Program-made: the position numbers and the translations under genes | Assembly (NCBI GenBank): GCA_965204535.1 | Contig: CBDBEV010000001.1 | Location: 1,632,001 to 1,696,000, forward strand | Source: a bacterium | GTDB lineage: Bacteria; UBA8248 | Direction: 5' to 3' | DNA length: 64,000 nucleotides | Part shown: one piece after another, positions 9,272 through 19,739 of the stretch | Layout of the letters: the number at the start of each line of letters is the position of its first letter | Position numbering within the stretch: position 1 is the stretch's first letter | Notes under the pieces: model-generated | What the model saw: only the letters and a program-made list of their open reading frames with translations | What the model was told of the DNA's origin: nothing | Database searches by the model: none

Positions 9272-10255
9272 ATGAAACTCGCCACCTACAGAAACCTCTC
9301 GCCGGGCGCGACCGGAGACCGACTGGGCGCCGTTCTGAAAGACGGGCGAACCCTCGACCTGCGCCTCGCCTACGCGAGCTATCTCGCGGAAAAAGAGGGC
9401 GAAGGACGCCCCTACGCCATGGCGAACGCGCGGATTCCCCGGGACATGCGCGAATTTCTATGCGGCGGCGAACCGGCCATGGCGGCGGTCGGTGCGGCGC
9501 TCGGCCATGCGGAGGCCATCATCGCCTCCGGCGGAGAGCCTGCGGGGCCGGACGGCGAACTCGCCGCCCTGAAAGACCGGCACGTGCGACTCAGGGCGCC
9601 TATCCCCCATCCGGGCAAGTTCTTCCACACCGGGCTCAACTCGAACAAGCACGTCGCCAACACGGGTCATGCGGTTCCCGAAAACGTGCCCGGCGCGCCG
9701 CGCTTTGACTCCTCGCTCGTCGGCCACGAGGAACCCGTGCTCTATCCCAAACAGACCCAGATGCTGGATTACGAGGTGGAGGTCGGCTTCATCATCGGCA
9801 AATACTGCAAGGACGTGAAACCCGAGAACGCCTTCGACGCCATCATGGGCTATACGGTCTACAACGACATCACGGCGCGCGAGGTGCAGCGCTCCGCCGC
9901 TTTGGGCGGCGTTTTCCTGGGCAAGAACTTCGACACCACCAACCCCATCGGCCCCTACATCGTCACCGCCGACGAGGTGCCGAACCCTGAATCGCTGCGC
10001 GTGCAATGCCGGGTGAACGGAGAGACGCGACAGGACGAACTCCTGACCGACATGATCTTCAAGATACCCGAACTCATCGCCTTCTACAGCCAGATGTCGC
10101 TGGAGCCGGGCGACATCATCTCATCGGGCACGTTCTGCGGCGTGGCCCTGGAGCAGGAAGACCCGGAACCCTTCCTCCTAAAACCGGGTGACGTGGTGGA
10201 ATGCGAGGTCGAGCACGTGGGAGTTCTGAGAAACCCCATCGTCGCCCAGGACTAG
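9272..10255 (+). CDS. Fumarylacetoacetate hydrolase (FAH) family protein
   Basis: LDYEVEVGFIIGK, NDITAR, GKNFDT..PIGP and GDIISSGT; AGGAG RBS before ATG at 9272. Confidence 0.9.
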   Translation: MKLATYRNLSPGATGDRLGAVLKDGRTLDLRLAYASYLAEKEGEGRPYAMANARIPRDMREFLCGGEPAMAAVGAALGHAEAIIASGGEPAGPDGELAALKDRHVRLRAPIPHPGKFFHTGLNSNKHVANTGHAVPENVPGAPRFDSSLVGHEEPVLYPKQTQMLDYEVEVGFIIGKYCKDVKPENAFDAIMGYTVYNDITAREVQRSAALGGVFLGKNFDTTNPIGPYIVTADEVPNPESLRVQCRVNGETRQDELLTDMIFKIPELIAFYSQMSLEPGDIISSGTFCGVALEQEDPEPFLLKPGDVVECEVEHVGVLRNPIVAQD

Positions 10256-10256
10256 A

Positions 10257-11240
10257 TCAGGCGGCGACGCCCAGGGTCTTGCGGACCGCCGCGACGACTT
10301 TCTCCGTGCTCGGGAGCACGAATTTCTCGAGTTTCGTCTGAACGGGAATCGGCGCCATGAGCGCGGCCACGCGGCCGATGGGCGCGTCGAGGTATTCGAA
10401 AACCGCCTCCTGTATGGCGGCCGAAATCTCCGCGCCCACGCCGCTCCTCAGGTGGCCCTCTTCCACGATGACGCAGCGGCTCGTCTTGCGAACGGAGGCC
10501 GTGATGGTTTCCACGTCCAGGGGCGAGAGCGAACGCGGGTCGATGACCTCGCACTCGATACCCTCTCCCGCCAGCGCCTCCGCCGCTTCGAGGCAATGGC
10601 CCATCTGATAGCCGATACCCACGATGGTGGCGTCCGCACCCGACCGCTTCACGTCGGCCACCCCGATGGGCGTGGTGTGATCGCCTTCAGGAACAGCCTG
10701 CTTCGTCTTTTGCGCGTAGAGCAGCCTGTGCTCGATGAACATGACCGGGTTGTCGTCGCGAACGGCGGCCTTGAGCAGCCCCTTGGCGTCGGGCGCGCAA
10801 CTCGGGTAGAGGACTTTCAGCCCCGGCACCTGCATGAACCACGCTTCGAGCGACTGCCCGTGCGTCGCGCCGTACTGAAGGCCCGCGCCGCTGGGTATCC
10901 GCGCCACCATGGGAACCGATAGCTGTCCCCCCAGCATGTAGCGCAGCTTCGCCGCCTGGTTCACGATGGGGTCGAGCGCGTATGTGGTGAAGTCCATGAA
11001 GCGCAAGTCCACGATGGGGCGGAAACCCGCCATCGCCGCACCCACGCCTGCGCCCGTGAAGCCGAGTTCGCAGATGGGCGTGTCGCGCACCCGGTCGCGC
11101 CCGAAGCGATCGGCCAGCCCCGAACACACGCCGAAATAATCGAACGCCACGTCCTCGCCCATGAGGAACACCTTCTCATCGCGCGCCATCTCCTCGTGGA
11201 GCGCCTCGTTCAGGGCTTCGACGTATGTGAGTTCTGGCAT
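10257..11240 (-). CDS. TPP-dependent dehydrogenase E1 beta subunit (AcoB/PdhB-like), copy 2
   Basis: MGEDV, RVRDTPICELGFTG, NQAAKLRYM, HGQSLEAWF and DAKGLLK. Confidence 0.92.
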   Translation of the reverse strand: MPELTYVEALNEALHEEMARDEKVFLMGEDVAFDYFGVCSGLADRFGRDRVRDTPICELGFTGAGVGAAMAGFRPIVDLRFMDFTTYALDPIVNQAAKLRYMLGGQLSVPMVARIPSGAGLQYGATHGQSLEAWFMQVPGLKVLYPSCAPDAKGLLKAAVRDDNPVMFIEHRLLYAQKTKQAVPEGDHTTPIGVADVKRSGADATIVGIGYQMGHCLEAAEALAGEGIECEVIDPRSLSPLDVETITASVRKTSRCVIVEEGHLRSGVGAEISAAIQEAVFEYLDAPIGRVAALMAPIPVQTKLEKFVLPSTEKVVAAVRKTLGVAA

Positions 11241-11251
11241 CCCGGATTACC

Positions 11252-12220
11252 TCAGGCGAAGATGTCCTCGAGCGCCACGCTTTCTTCGGGCTCGGGACTG
11301 CTCTCCGCAAAGTCGATTGCTTCCTGAATCTCCGCCTCCACCGCGTCGGCGTGCGCTTTCTTTTGTTTCTCCGTCATCTTGAGCATCTTCTCACACACGA
11401 TGAGGGGGTCTCTCTCCTTCCAGCCCTCCCATTCCTCTTTCGTGCGGTACATGCCGTAGTGCGGGTCGCCACGCGAGTGGCCGAAAAACCGGTAGGTCTT
11501 CGCCTCGATGAGACTCGGCCCCAGACCGCGCCGCGCGTGGGCCACGGCCTCGCGGCTCGCCTCATACACCGCCGCCGCGTCCATGCCGTCCACCGTCAGG
11601 CCGGGGGCGTCGTAGCCCTTCGAGCGTACACTGATGTCGTTCACCGCCGTGGAATACTCCGCCGGCACGCTGACGGCGTACTGGTTGTTCTCGCAGAAAA
11701 ACACGACCGGCAGCTTCCAGATGGCGCACAGGTTCATCGCCTCGTGAAAGGCGCCGTTGTTCGAAGCGCCGTCACCGAAGAAAACCACCGCCACCCGGTC
11801 TTTCCCTTCGAGCTGATACGCGAGGCCGATGCCCGCCGCCATCGGCATGTTCGCGCCCACGATGGAATGCGCGCCGTAGTGGCCCTTCGACACGTCGGCG
11901 ATGTGCATGGAGCCGCCCTTCGAGCGGCAAAGGCCGGTCACCTTCCCCATCAGTTCGGCCAGCATCTCGGGCAGGCGCGTTCCCTTGGCGATGGAGTGTC
12001 CGTGCCCCCGGTGGGTGGTGAGTACGGCGTCATCCTCCCGCAAGGCCGCGCATACGCCTGCCGAACACGCCTCCTGGCCGATGCTCACGTGCACGCCGCC
12101 CACCACCTTGCCCGCCATGTACATATCGTCCGCCGTCTCCTCGAAGCGACGGATCCGGAGCATGGTGCGGTACATCTCGCCCATGCGTTTTCGGGATAAC
12201 CCGGAAGTCGATTTCGCCAA
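11252..12220 (-). CDS. TPP-dependent dehydrogenase E1 alpha subunit (AcoA/PdhA-like), copy 2
   Basis: THRGHGH, KGGSMH, TPP motif FFGDGA...ENNQY and TYRFFGHS; TTG start inferred. Confidence 0.92.
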   Translation of the reverse strand: MAKSTSGLSRKRMGEMYRTMLRIRRFEETADDMYMAGKVVGGVHVSIGQEACSAGVCAALREDDAVLTTHRGHGHSIAKGTRLPEMLAELMGKVTGLCRSKGGSMHIADVSKGHYGAHSIVGANMPMAAGIGLAYQLEGKDRVAVVFFGDGASNNGAFHEAMNLCAIWKLPVVFFCENNQYAVSVPAEYSTAVNDISVRSKGYDAPGLTVDGMDAAAVYEASREAVAHARRGLGPSLIEAKTYRFFGHSRGDPHYGMYRTKEEWEGWKERDPLIVCEKMLKMTEKQKKAHADAVEAEIQEAIDFAESSPEPEESVALEDIFA

Positions 12221-12230
12221 GACAGGTCCT

Positions 12231-13217
12231 CTACGCAAGCAGCTTCTTCGCCGCCGCCACGATCTTCTCCGTGCTGGGCAGGACGATGGCTTCTAATTTC
12301 GTGTGAACGGGCACGGGCACGTCGAGGGCCGCCACGCGGACGATGGGCGCCTTCAGCGCGCCGAAGGCCGCCTCCTGCACCGATGCGGCTATCTCGGCGC
12401 CCACGCCGCCGCTTTTGTGCCCCTCTTCGGCGATGACGCATCGGCCCGTTTTTCGGACAGAGGCCGCAAGCCCCTCCACGTCCAGGGGATTGATGGTCCT
12501 GGGGTCCACCACCTCGGCGTCGACCCCCTCCCCAGAGAGCAATTCCGCGGCTTCCAGACAACTACGCGCCTGGCTTCCGATTCCGATGAGGGTGATGTCG
12601 CTCCCTTTTCTTTTGACCGCCGCCTTCCCGATGGGTTCGGTATAATCGCCCTCCGGCACGGGACCTTCCAGGGAGTAAAGTGAGCGGTACTCCACGAAGA
12701 GCACCGGATTGTCCTCCCTGATGGCGGATTTCAGGAGCCCCTTCACATCGGCGGGGTCGCTCGGCACGATGACGCGCAGGCCCGGCACCTGGATGAACCA
12801 GGCTTCGAGGCACTGGCTGTGCGTGGGGCCGTTCTGGGAGTAGCCGCCCTCGGGCGCACGGATTACCAGGGGCACGCTCACCTGCCCGCCGAGCATGTAG
12901 CGCAGCTTGGCCGCCTGATTCGCGATGGGGTCGATGGCCAGCATCATGAAATCGATGCGCCGCATGTCGAGCACGGGCCGGTAGCCCGCCATCGCCGCAC
13001 CGACGGCCGCTCCGGTGAAACCAAGTTCGCTGATGGGCGTGTTTCGCACCCGCTCGGGGCCGAACCTGTCGCCCAGACCCGCCGTGGCGGGCGAGATGGC
13101 GGAGAGCGCCACGTCCTCGCCCATCAGGAACACTTTCTCATCGCGCGCCATCTCCTCGTGGAGCGCTTCGTTGATCGCCGCCGCATAGGAAATGGTTCGC
13201 GTCTTCACATCAGGCAT
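12231..13217 (-). CDS. TPP-dependent dehydrogenase E1 beta subunit (AcoB/PdhB-like), copy 1
   Basis: Same E1-beta motifs; start MPDVK overlaps the E1-alpha stop. Confidence 0.92.
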   Translation of the reverse strand: MPDVKTRTISYAAAINEALHEEMARDEKVFLMGEDVALSAISPATAGLGDRFGPERVRNTPISELGFTGAAVGAAMAGYRPVLDMRRIDFMMLAIDPIANQAAKLRYMLGGQVSVPLVIRAPEGGYSQNGPTHSQCLEAWFIQVPGLRVIVPSDPADVKGLLKSAIREDNPVLFVEYRSLYSLEGPVPEGDYTEPIGKAAVKRKGSDITLIGIGSQARSCLEAAELLSGEGVDAEVVDPRTINPLDVEGLAASVRKTGRCVIAEEGHKSGGVGAEIAASVQEAAFGALKAPIVRVAALDVPVPVHTKLEAIVLPSTEKIVAAAKKLLA

Positions 13218-14178
13218 AGAGATCCTCATACACTTCTTCGGGCTTGGGCTCGGGGCTTTGCCGCGCGAAGGCGAGCGCATCCCGTAATTCGTTCTCCACC
13301 GCTTCCGCATGCGTTTTTTTCTGCGCCTCGCTCACGCCGAGTATCCCTTCCGCCACGAGGAGGGGGTCTTTCGCCTTCCACTCGTTCCATTCCTCCTCGG
13401 TGCGATACGGTCCGAACTGGGGGTCTTTTCTCGAATGACCGAAATAGCGGTACGTCTTCGCTTCGATCAGGCTGGGACCCAGGCCCGCTCTCGCGCGGGA
13501 GACGGCCTCGACCATCACCTCGTGCACCGCCAGCACGTCCATGCCGTCCACCGTCACGCCGGGCATGTCGTATCCCGCCGCCCGCGAGCTGATGTCCGCC
13601 ACCGAGGTGGCGTAGCCCACCCGGGTGCTCGAGGCGAAATGGTTGTTCTCGCAAAAGAAGATGACGGGGAGCTTCCATATCGCGGCCAGGTTCATCGACT
13701 CGTGGAAGCTGCCCTCGTTCGCCGCGCCGTCGCCGAAAAAGACGACCGCCACCTGGCCCTTTCCCTCGAAGTGAAATGCGAGGCCGATGCCCACCCCCAT
13801 GGGCATGTTCGATCCCACGATGGAATGCGCGCCGTAGTGGCCCTTCGATACGTCGGCGATGTGCATGGAGCCGCCCTTGGCGTGGCATAGCCCGGTGGCC
13901 TTGCCCAGAAGCTCCGCCATCATCTCGGGCAGGCGCGTCCCCTTGGCGATGGAATGGCCGTGGCCCCGGTGGGTGGTGAGAATCGCATCATCATCCTTAA
14001 GCGTGCTGCACGCGCCGACCGAGCAGCCCTCCTGGCCGATGCTCACGTGGATGCCGCCCACGACCTCGCCTTTTTCGAACAACTCGAACGCCGTCTCCTC
14101 GAAGCGGCGTATGCGCAGCATGTCGCGGTACATCGCCTGCTTGCGCTCATCGCTCAAAGGCGCTTTTTCTTCAGACAA
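13210..14178 (-). CDS. TPP-dependent dehydrogenase E1 alpha subunit (AcoA/PdhA-like), copy 1
   Basis: THRGHGH, KGGSMH, FFGDGAANEG..CENN and TYRYFGHS. Confidence 0.92.
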   Translation of the reverse strand: MSEEKAPLSDERKQAMYRDMLRIRRFEETAFELFEKGEVVGGIHVSIGQEGCSVGACSTLKDDDAILTTHRGHGHSIAKGTRLPEMMAELLGKATGLCHAKGGSMHIADVSKGHYGAHSIVGSNMPMGVGIGLAFHFEGKGQVAVVFFGDGAANEGSFHESMNLAAIWKLPVIFFCENNHFASSTRVGYATSVADISSRAAGYDMPGVTVDGMDVLAVHEVMVEAVSRARAGLGPSLIEAKTYRYFGHSRKDPQFGPYRTEEEWNEWKAKDPLLVAEGILGVSEAQKKTHAEAVENELRDALAFARQSPEPKPEEVYEDLYA

Positions 14179-14263
14179 AAGATGCTCTCCTTAGCGTGGA
14201 TAAATGGATTTTTCTCGTCCGGAGAAGACAAGATTCTCACAAATCGCCGCCTGAGGCCAACAC

Positions 14264-14671
14264 TCAGCCGGATTTCGCTTTTTCCTCCTCGGCCTGCTCG
14301 TCGGCGATTCGCTTGAGCGCGTAGAGACCCTCCATCAGCACGGGCGCGCCGCCGCCGATGCTCGCCACCTCGAAGGCTTCGAGCGCCTCTTCCATCGTCG
14401 CGCCCAGGCGCAAGGCCTTTTTCGTGTGGGTGTAGACCTCGTGTTTCATGCCCTTGAAGGCGAGCAGACCGATTTCGATGAGTTCGCGCGTCTTGGGGTC
14501 CAGATGCCGCGGCTCTTCCTTGAAAAACCCCCAGTGCATCTGCGAGTAGATCTCGAAATAATCCGGGTCCAACTGCGCGCCGAAGCCGAGCACGTCGTAC
14601 ACGAACCCCCGGTCGCCATGAATCTTCTCCGTAATGCGCTTTACCTTTTCCTCTCTGGTTTCTTCCGCCAT
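14264..14671 (-). CDS. Carboxymuconolactone decarboxylase (CMD/AhpD-like) family protein
   Basis: LDPKTRELIEIGLL...HTKKALRLGATMEE motif; GGAG RBS before MAEET. Confidence 0.8.
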   Translation of the reverse strand: MAEETREEKVKRITEKIHGDRGFVYDVLGFGAQLDPDYFEIYSQMHWGFFKEEPRHLDPKTRELIEIGLLAFKGMKHEVYTHTKKALRLGATMEEALEAFEVASIGGGAPVLMEGLYALKRIADEQAEEEKAKSG

Positions 14672-14744
14672 TTTCTTCTCCTTATGGGAACAAGATAAAG
14701 GCGGAGGTCTCCGAATCAGGAAACCCCCGCCTGAAAAAGCAGTC

Positions 14745-15917
14745 CTACGCCGTACCGAACCTGTCCATCCACCAGTCCGCAATCCACTCCCCGCACATCG
14801 GCAGGTTGTCGAACACGCAGTGCTGGCTGCCGCCGTCCTCGACGCTGAAAATCTTGAGTTCCTTCTCCTCGGAACCGCAGGCTTCATAAAGCCTGTGGGC
14901 CATATCGACCGGCACGATGTTGTCGTCCTGGCCGTGTGTGATGCAGATGGGCATGCGTATCTTCTCGGCGACACCCGCCAGAGTGTAGTTCTTGCACTTT
15001 TCCATCGCGGAATCCATGTCCGGCGTCCCGAGCACCCAAGGCAGTTGCCAGATGGCGGATGAGGAGATGGTGCCGCCGCTTTCGAGCACCTTTCTCCTGT
15101 GCACCCAGACCTCGTGGTAATCGAAATGCGCCCCCCAGGTCAGGCACGCCGCGTAGCGGTGCTCGAAAGCGGCGATGCGCGGGGCGTAGTAGCCGCCCAT
15201 GCTCATGGCCATCAGGCCGATGCGCCCAGAATCCACCTCGGGTCGCGCGTCCAGAAAATCGAACGCAGCAGTTCCCGCCACCTCGTAATCCGGGCGGCTC
15301 GGTATCTTCCCGAGCCTGAGCGTCTCCCCCTGGCCCGGTCCGTCCACGCAGAGCACCCCGACGCCTCGCTCGATCAAAGCGAGTGCACCCCACAGAACGG
15401 TGATCTCCTTCGAGCCGTCGAGTCCATTGAAAAAGGCGACGTAAGGATCATTGCCTGTGGGATTCCTGGGCGGAAGGAGGTATGCCGCCAGGGGGCCTTC
15501 CTCGTAGGGAACGTCGGCGCGCTCGAACCCGGGCACGCGGTATTTCATCCCCTTCTCGTAGTGGGGCAGGAGTTTTCTGTAGGATTCGGATTTTCTCGGA
15601 TCGTCGGGGTGGACGAAGCGCTCGCTCGCGTAGCGGTAAATCGCGCTCCGCACGTAGGCCGCCATGGCGGTGCGCGTGTGGCCCTTTCGCTCCTCATCCT
15701 CCGCGCGGGCGAGCGTCTTGTCCGACATCCAGGACCAGGCGTCGTGCCAGGCTTCGGCGTCGCCCGCCCGTCCGCTCAGGCGTTTTCCGATCTGATCGAT
15801 TTCGTGAAAGTTCGATCCCCCCATCGCGGCGATGTTGATCTGCCCGCTCATCAACTGCGACCAGAGATAGTGCTCCGGGAAATATCGAAACCACGAACCG
15901 ATGATGTTCTCCGACAT
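14745..15917 (-). CDS. Alpha/beta hydrolase (2,6-dihydroxypseudooxynicotine hydrolase/FrsA-like)
   Basis: GLDGSKE, VDGPGQGE, nucleophile elbow MSMGGYYAPRIAA, HGQDD and SQHC. Confidence 0.85.
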   Translation of the reverse strand: MSENIIGSWFRYFPEHYLWSQLMSGQINIAAMGGSNFHEIDQIGKRLSGRAGDAEAWHDAWSWMSDKTLARAEDEERKGHTRTAMAAYVRSAIYRYASERFVHPDDPRKSESYRKLLPHYEKGMKYRVPGFERADVPYEEGPLAAYLLPPRNPTGNDPYVAFFNGLDGSKEITVLWGALALIERGVGVLCVDGPGQGETLRLGKIPSRPDYEVAGTAAFDFLDARPEVDSGRIGLMAMSMGGYYAPRIAAFEHRYAACLTWGAHFDYHEVWVHRRKVLESGGTISSSAIWQLPWVLGTPDMDSAMEKCKNYTLAGVAEKIRMPICITHGQDDNIVPVDMAHRLYEACGSEEKELKIFSVEDGGSQHCVFDNLPMCGEWIADWWMDRFGTA

Positions 15918-16182
15918 GAAAAGTCTCCTCCCAGGTTGAATCCATTCACATAGCAAGCCGTTTTGCGATGCGGAGAACATACACGCAACGCCCGCGCGTT
16001 CACAAGGAAACTTTGTGGCGGATCAACCGCCCCGAGCTTTGACCCTTGATTCGCATCCGTGATAATTTTCTCAAATACAAGGGCAGACAAACTACTTGAC
16101 ACTCTCAGAAATTCAAGAGGTGTTTTCATCTTCACCGGAGCAGGTTTTATGACCTGCTCTATTCCTTAAAGGAGGAAAACCT

Positions 16183-17712
16183 ATGCGGAAGTTTCTCGTA
16201 ATCCTGGCCGTCTTCGCCATTCTGGCGATGGGCGCGCCCGTGACGGCTGACGCGAAAAGCACCGTCACCATCGCCCTCTCGGGCGAACCACCGACAATGG
16301 ACCCGCACCGCGTCTCGAACTTCGTCGGCGCGATGGTCTGGCGTTGGAGCTACGATACCCTTCTTCACGCCGAGACCGGAACGGGCGAGAAAAAGCCATG
16401 GCTCGCCACCAAGTGGACCCAACTCGGTCCCCTGAAGTGGAAGTTCCAGCTGAGAAAAGGCGTGAAGTTCAGCGACGGCTCGCCTTTCACGGCGGAGAGC
16501 TTCAAGTACACCATCAGCCGCATCATGAAGTCCGCGCGGCAAAGGCAATACTTCAAAAACATCGATAAAATAGAAGTCGTCGACGACCATACCTTCATCT
16601 ATCACAACAGAGAACCCGATGGCGGCATGTGGAACCGCCTGACCCGCTGGGCCGGCCCCATCAGCCTGAAGACCAAGGGCATGGAACTCGCCCACATCTC
16701 GCGCAACACCTACGGCACGGGACCCTATGTCCTCAAGTCCTGGACCAAGGGCCAGAAGATGGTGTTCGACGCGAACCCGAACTGGTGGAACAACAAGAAC
16801 TTCCCGAAGCGGCCGCAGCGCATCGTCCTCCGCCGCATCCGCGAGAGCGCCACGCGCGCCAAGGCGCTTCAGGCGGGCGAGATCGACGTGGCCTGGGGCA
16901 TCATGCCGCAGTTCATCCCCCAGCTCGAGAAAAACCCGAAGACGAAAGTCGCCGTCGTCCCCGCCGTGCGCATCATGCACATGGGCTTCTTCACGAGACA
17001 CGGCGGCCCGATGGCCAACGTCAAGGTGCGCCAAGCGATCAACTACGCCATCGACGCGGAGGCGATTCGCACGACCATCCTGGGCGGACGCGCGGACCTG
17101 TTCGGTCAGATGCTCCACCCCTGGAACTACTCGGGCTACAACCCCAAGAAAAAATGGTACGGCTATGACCCGGCCAAGGCGAAGGCCCTCTTGAAGGAAG
17201 CCGGCTACGAAAAGGGCTTCAAGATGGAAGTCATCGCCACGAACGGCCGCTACCCGGGCGACAAGGCCACGTGTGAGGCCATCGCCGGGATGGTCAAGAA
17301 AGTCGGCGTGAACGCCACGTGTAACTCCCAGCGCTTCCCGCTCTTCAAGAAGCTGCACCGCGCCTACAAGGCCGGCAAGAAGAAGGGCGCCGCCGCCTAT
17401 TACATGGGCTTCGGCAACGGCCAGGGCGACTCCACTTCCGTGCTTCGCGGAACGTCGAGCTGCAAGGGCCCCTGGAGCGGCATGTGCTACCCGGAGTTGG
17501 ATAAGGCGATCGACGCGGCCACGGCTACCGTCGACCCGAAAAAACAGCAGATGGCGTTCGAAGGCGTAACCGACTTGATGAAAAAACTGGTCACGCACAA
17601 GATCGTCGTGAAGATCCACGACGTGCTCGGCCATGGTTCGAACCTGAAATGGATCCCGCGCCACGACGAGACGCTTCTCCCCTGGGAGATCGGAGTGCTC
17701 GGCATGAACTAG
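16183..17712 (+). CDS. ABC transporter substrate-binding protein, family 5 (DppA/OppA-like), copy 1
   Basis: Signal peptide; PWLAT.W...F.LRKGVKFSDG; GTGPY; VRQAINYAID. Confidence 0.93.
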   Translation: MRKFLVILAVFAILAMGAPVTADAKSTVTIALSGEPPTMDPHRVSNFVGAMVWRWSYDTLLHAETGTGEKKPWLATKWTQLGPLKWKFQLRKGVKFSDGSPFTAESFKYTISRIMKSARQRQYFKNIDKIEVVDDHTFIYHNREPDGGMWNRLTRWAGPISLKTKGMELAHISRNTYGTGPYVLKSWTKGQKMVFDANPNWWNNKNFPKRPQRIVLRRIRESATRAKALQAGEIDVAWGIMPQFIPQLEKNPKTKVAVVPAVRIMHMGFFTRHGGPMANVKVRQAINYAIDAEAIRTTILGGRADLFGQMLHPWNYSGYNPKKKWYGYDPAKAKALLKEAGYEKGFKMEVIATNGRYPGDKATCEAIAGMVKKVGVNATCNSQRFPLFKKLHRAYKAGKKKGAAAYYMGFGNGQGDSTSVLRGTSSCKGPWSGMCYPELDKAIDAATATVDPKKQQMAFEGVTDLMKKLVTHKIVVKIHDVLGHGSNLKWIPRHDETLLPWEIGVLGMN

Positions 17713-17735
17713 GCGGGTGTTTTCGCTGCACCGCG

Positions 17736-17771
17736 CCGCGGGGGGCGGCCGACGCCCCCCGCGGTTTTTTT
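17736..17771 (+). terminator. Rho-independent terminator
   Basis: ccgcggggggc / gccccccgcgg stem followed by T7. Confidence 0.8.
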
Positions 17772-17809
17772 ACCTTCACGAATTAACCGCTCATCTTCGA
17801 GGCTCAACC

Positions 17810-17840
17810 ATGAAGTTCGGCATTTTTGGTCCGCTCAGCA
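17810..17840 (+). pseudogene. 5' remnant of the LLM oxidoreductase gene (duplication breakpoint)
   Basis: atgaagttcggcatttttggtccgctcagca matches atgaaattcggcatctttttgtccgcacagca at 19815, with a 1-nt deletion and a few substitutions. Confidence 0.75.
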
Positions 17841-18186
17841 ACTGCGTCCAAAGATAGCCCTCCCCGAAATTCCGAAGCCACGAGCCCATTACGTTCTCCA
17901 CCAAGAAGCCTCCTCCTCGTTGAAACGTTGGACGCATTCATACATTTCGCGTTGCGGGGGACATACACCATATCCCGGCTTTCACTACTTACACCCCGCG
18001 TTCACCTGGAATCCGGGCGGAGATAAGTCGTTTTCCTGTTTTGACGTTTTATTCTCATCCGTGATAGATTTTTAATATACAATAAAAGGGAAAAAGTGAC
18101 GTAACTCTCTCAAGGAACCAAAGAAGTGTATTTGTTCTTCACCGGGGCAGGTATCGCAACCTGTCCCTCGTAAAGGAGGAAAACCC

Positions 18187-19716
18187 ATGCGGAAGTTTCT
18201 CGTAATCCTGGCCGTCTTCGCGGTTCTGGCGATGGGCGCACCCGTGACGGCTGACGCGAAAAGCACCGTCACCATCGCCCTGACGGGCGAACCACCGACG
18301 ATGGACCCGCACCGCGTCTCGAACTTCATCGGCGCGATGGTCTGGCGTTGGAGCTACGACACCCTCATTCACGCCGAGACCGGAACGGGCGCGAAAAAGC
18401 CTTGGCTCGCCACGAAGTGGGTGAAAGTAACCCCCAAGAGCGCGAAGTTCCATCTGAGGAAGGGCGTCAAGTTCTCGGACGGCACGCGCCTGACGGCGGA
18501 AAACTTCAAGTACACGATGACCCGTGTCTTGAAATCCGCGCGCCAGAGAACTTACTTCAAGAACTTCGACAAAATCGAAATTCTCGACGACAACACCTTC
18601 ATCTACCACAACAAACAGCCCGACAGCGGTATGTGGAACCGCCTGACCCGCTGGGCCGGCTCCATCAGCCTGAAGACCAAGGGCATGGAACTCGCCCACA
18701 TCTCGCGCAACACCTACGGCACGGGTCCCTATGTCCTCAAATCCTGGACCAAGGGCCAGAAGATGGTGTTCGACGCGAACCCGAACTGGTGGAACAACAA
18801 GAATTTCCCGAAACGGCCGCAGCGAATCGTCCTCCGCCGCATCCGCGAGAGCGCCACGCGCGCCAAGGCGCTGCAGGCGGGCGAGATCGACGTGGCCTGG
18901 GGCATCATGCCGCAGTTCATCCCCCAGCTCGAGAAAAACCCGAAAACGGCAGTCGCCGTCGTCCCCGCCGTGCGCATCATGCACATGGGATTCTTCACGA
19001 GACACGGCGGCCCGATGGCCAACGTGAAGGTGCGCCAGGCGATCAACTACGCCATCGACGCGGAGGCGATTCGCACGACCATCCTGGGCGGGCGCGCCGA
19101 CCTCTTCGGCCAGATGCTCCATCCCTGGAACTACTCGGGCTACAACCCCAAGAAGAAATGGTACGGCTACGACCCGGCCAAGGCGAAGGCCCTCTTGAAG
19201 GAAGCCGGCCACGAAAAGGGCTTCAAGATGGAAATCGTCGCCACGAACGGCCGCTACCCGGGCGACAAGGCCACGTGTGAGGCCATCGCCGGGATGGTCA
19301 AGAAAGTCGGCGTAAACGCCACGTGTAACTCCCAGCGCTTCCCGCTCTTCAAGAAGCTCCACCGCGCCTACAAGGCCGGCAAGAAAAAAGGCGCTGCGGC
19401 CTACTACATGGGCTTCGGTAACGGTGGAGGTGATTCCTCCGGCGTGCTTCGCGGAACGTCGAGTTGCAAAGGCGCCTGGAGCGGCATGTGCTTCAAGGAG
19501 CTGGACGCTCTGATCGACAAGGCCAACGCCACCGTCGACGAAAAAAAACAGCAGATGGCGTTCGAAGCCGTGACCGACAAGATGAAAGCGCTGGCCACGC
19601 ACAAGATCGTCGTGAAGATCCACGACGTGCTCGGCCACCGGGCGAACCTCAGGTGGACACCGCGCCACGACGAGACGCTTCTCCCCTGGGAGATCGAAGT
19701 GCTCGGCATGAACTAG
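18187..19716 (+). CDS. ABC transporter substrate-binding protein, family 5, copy 2
   Basis: 509 aa, colinear close paralog of 16183-17712 at an offset of 2004 bp. Confidence 0.93.
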   Translation: MRKFLVILAVFAVLAMGAPVTADAKSTVTIALTGEPPTMDPHRVSNFIGAMVWRWSYDTLIHAETGTGAKKPWLATKWVKVTPKSAKFHLRKGVKFSDGTRLTAENFKYTMTRVLKSARQRTYFKNFDKIEILDDNTFIYHNKQPDSGMWNRLTRWAGSISLKTKGMELAHISRNTYGTGPYVLKSWTKGQKMVFDANPNWWNNKNFPKRPQRIVLRRIRESATRAKALQAGEIDVAWGIMPQFIPQLEKNPKTAVAVVPAVRIMHMGFFTRHGGPMANVKVRQAINYAIDAEAIRTTILGGRADLFGQMLHPWNYSGYNPKKKWYGYDPAKAKALLKEAGHEKGFKMEIVATNGRYPGDKATCEAIAGMVKKVGVNATCNSQRFPLFKKLHRAYKAGKKKGAAAYYMGFGNGGGDSSGVLRGTSSCKGAWSGMCFKELDALIDKANATVDEKKQQMAFEAVTDKMKALATHKIVVKIHDVLGHRANLRWTPRHDETLLPWEIEVLGMN

Positions 19717-19739
19717 GCGGGCGTTTTCGCTGCATCACG

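Noticed and set aside
16159-19668. Long antisense ORFs (501 and 509 aa) opposite the duplicated binding proteins
   Set aside because: Shadow frames of high-GC genes with no motifs; their mutual similarity only mirrors the duplication
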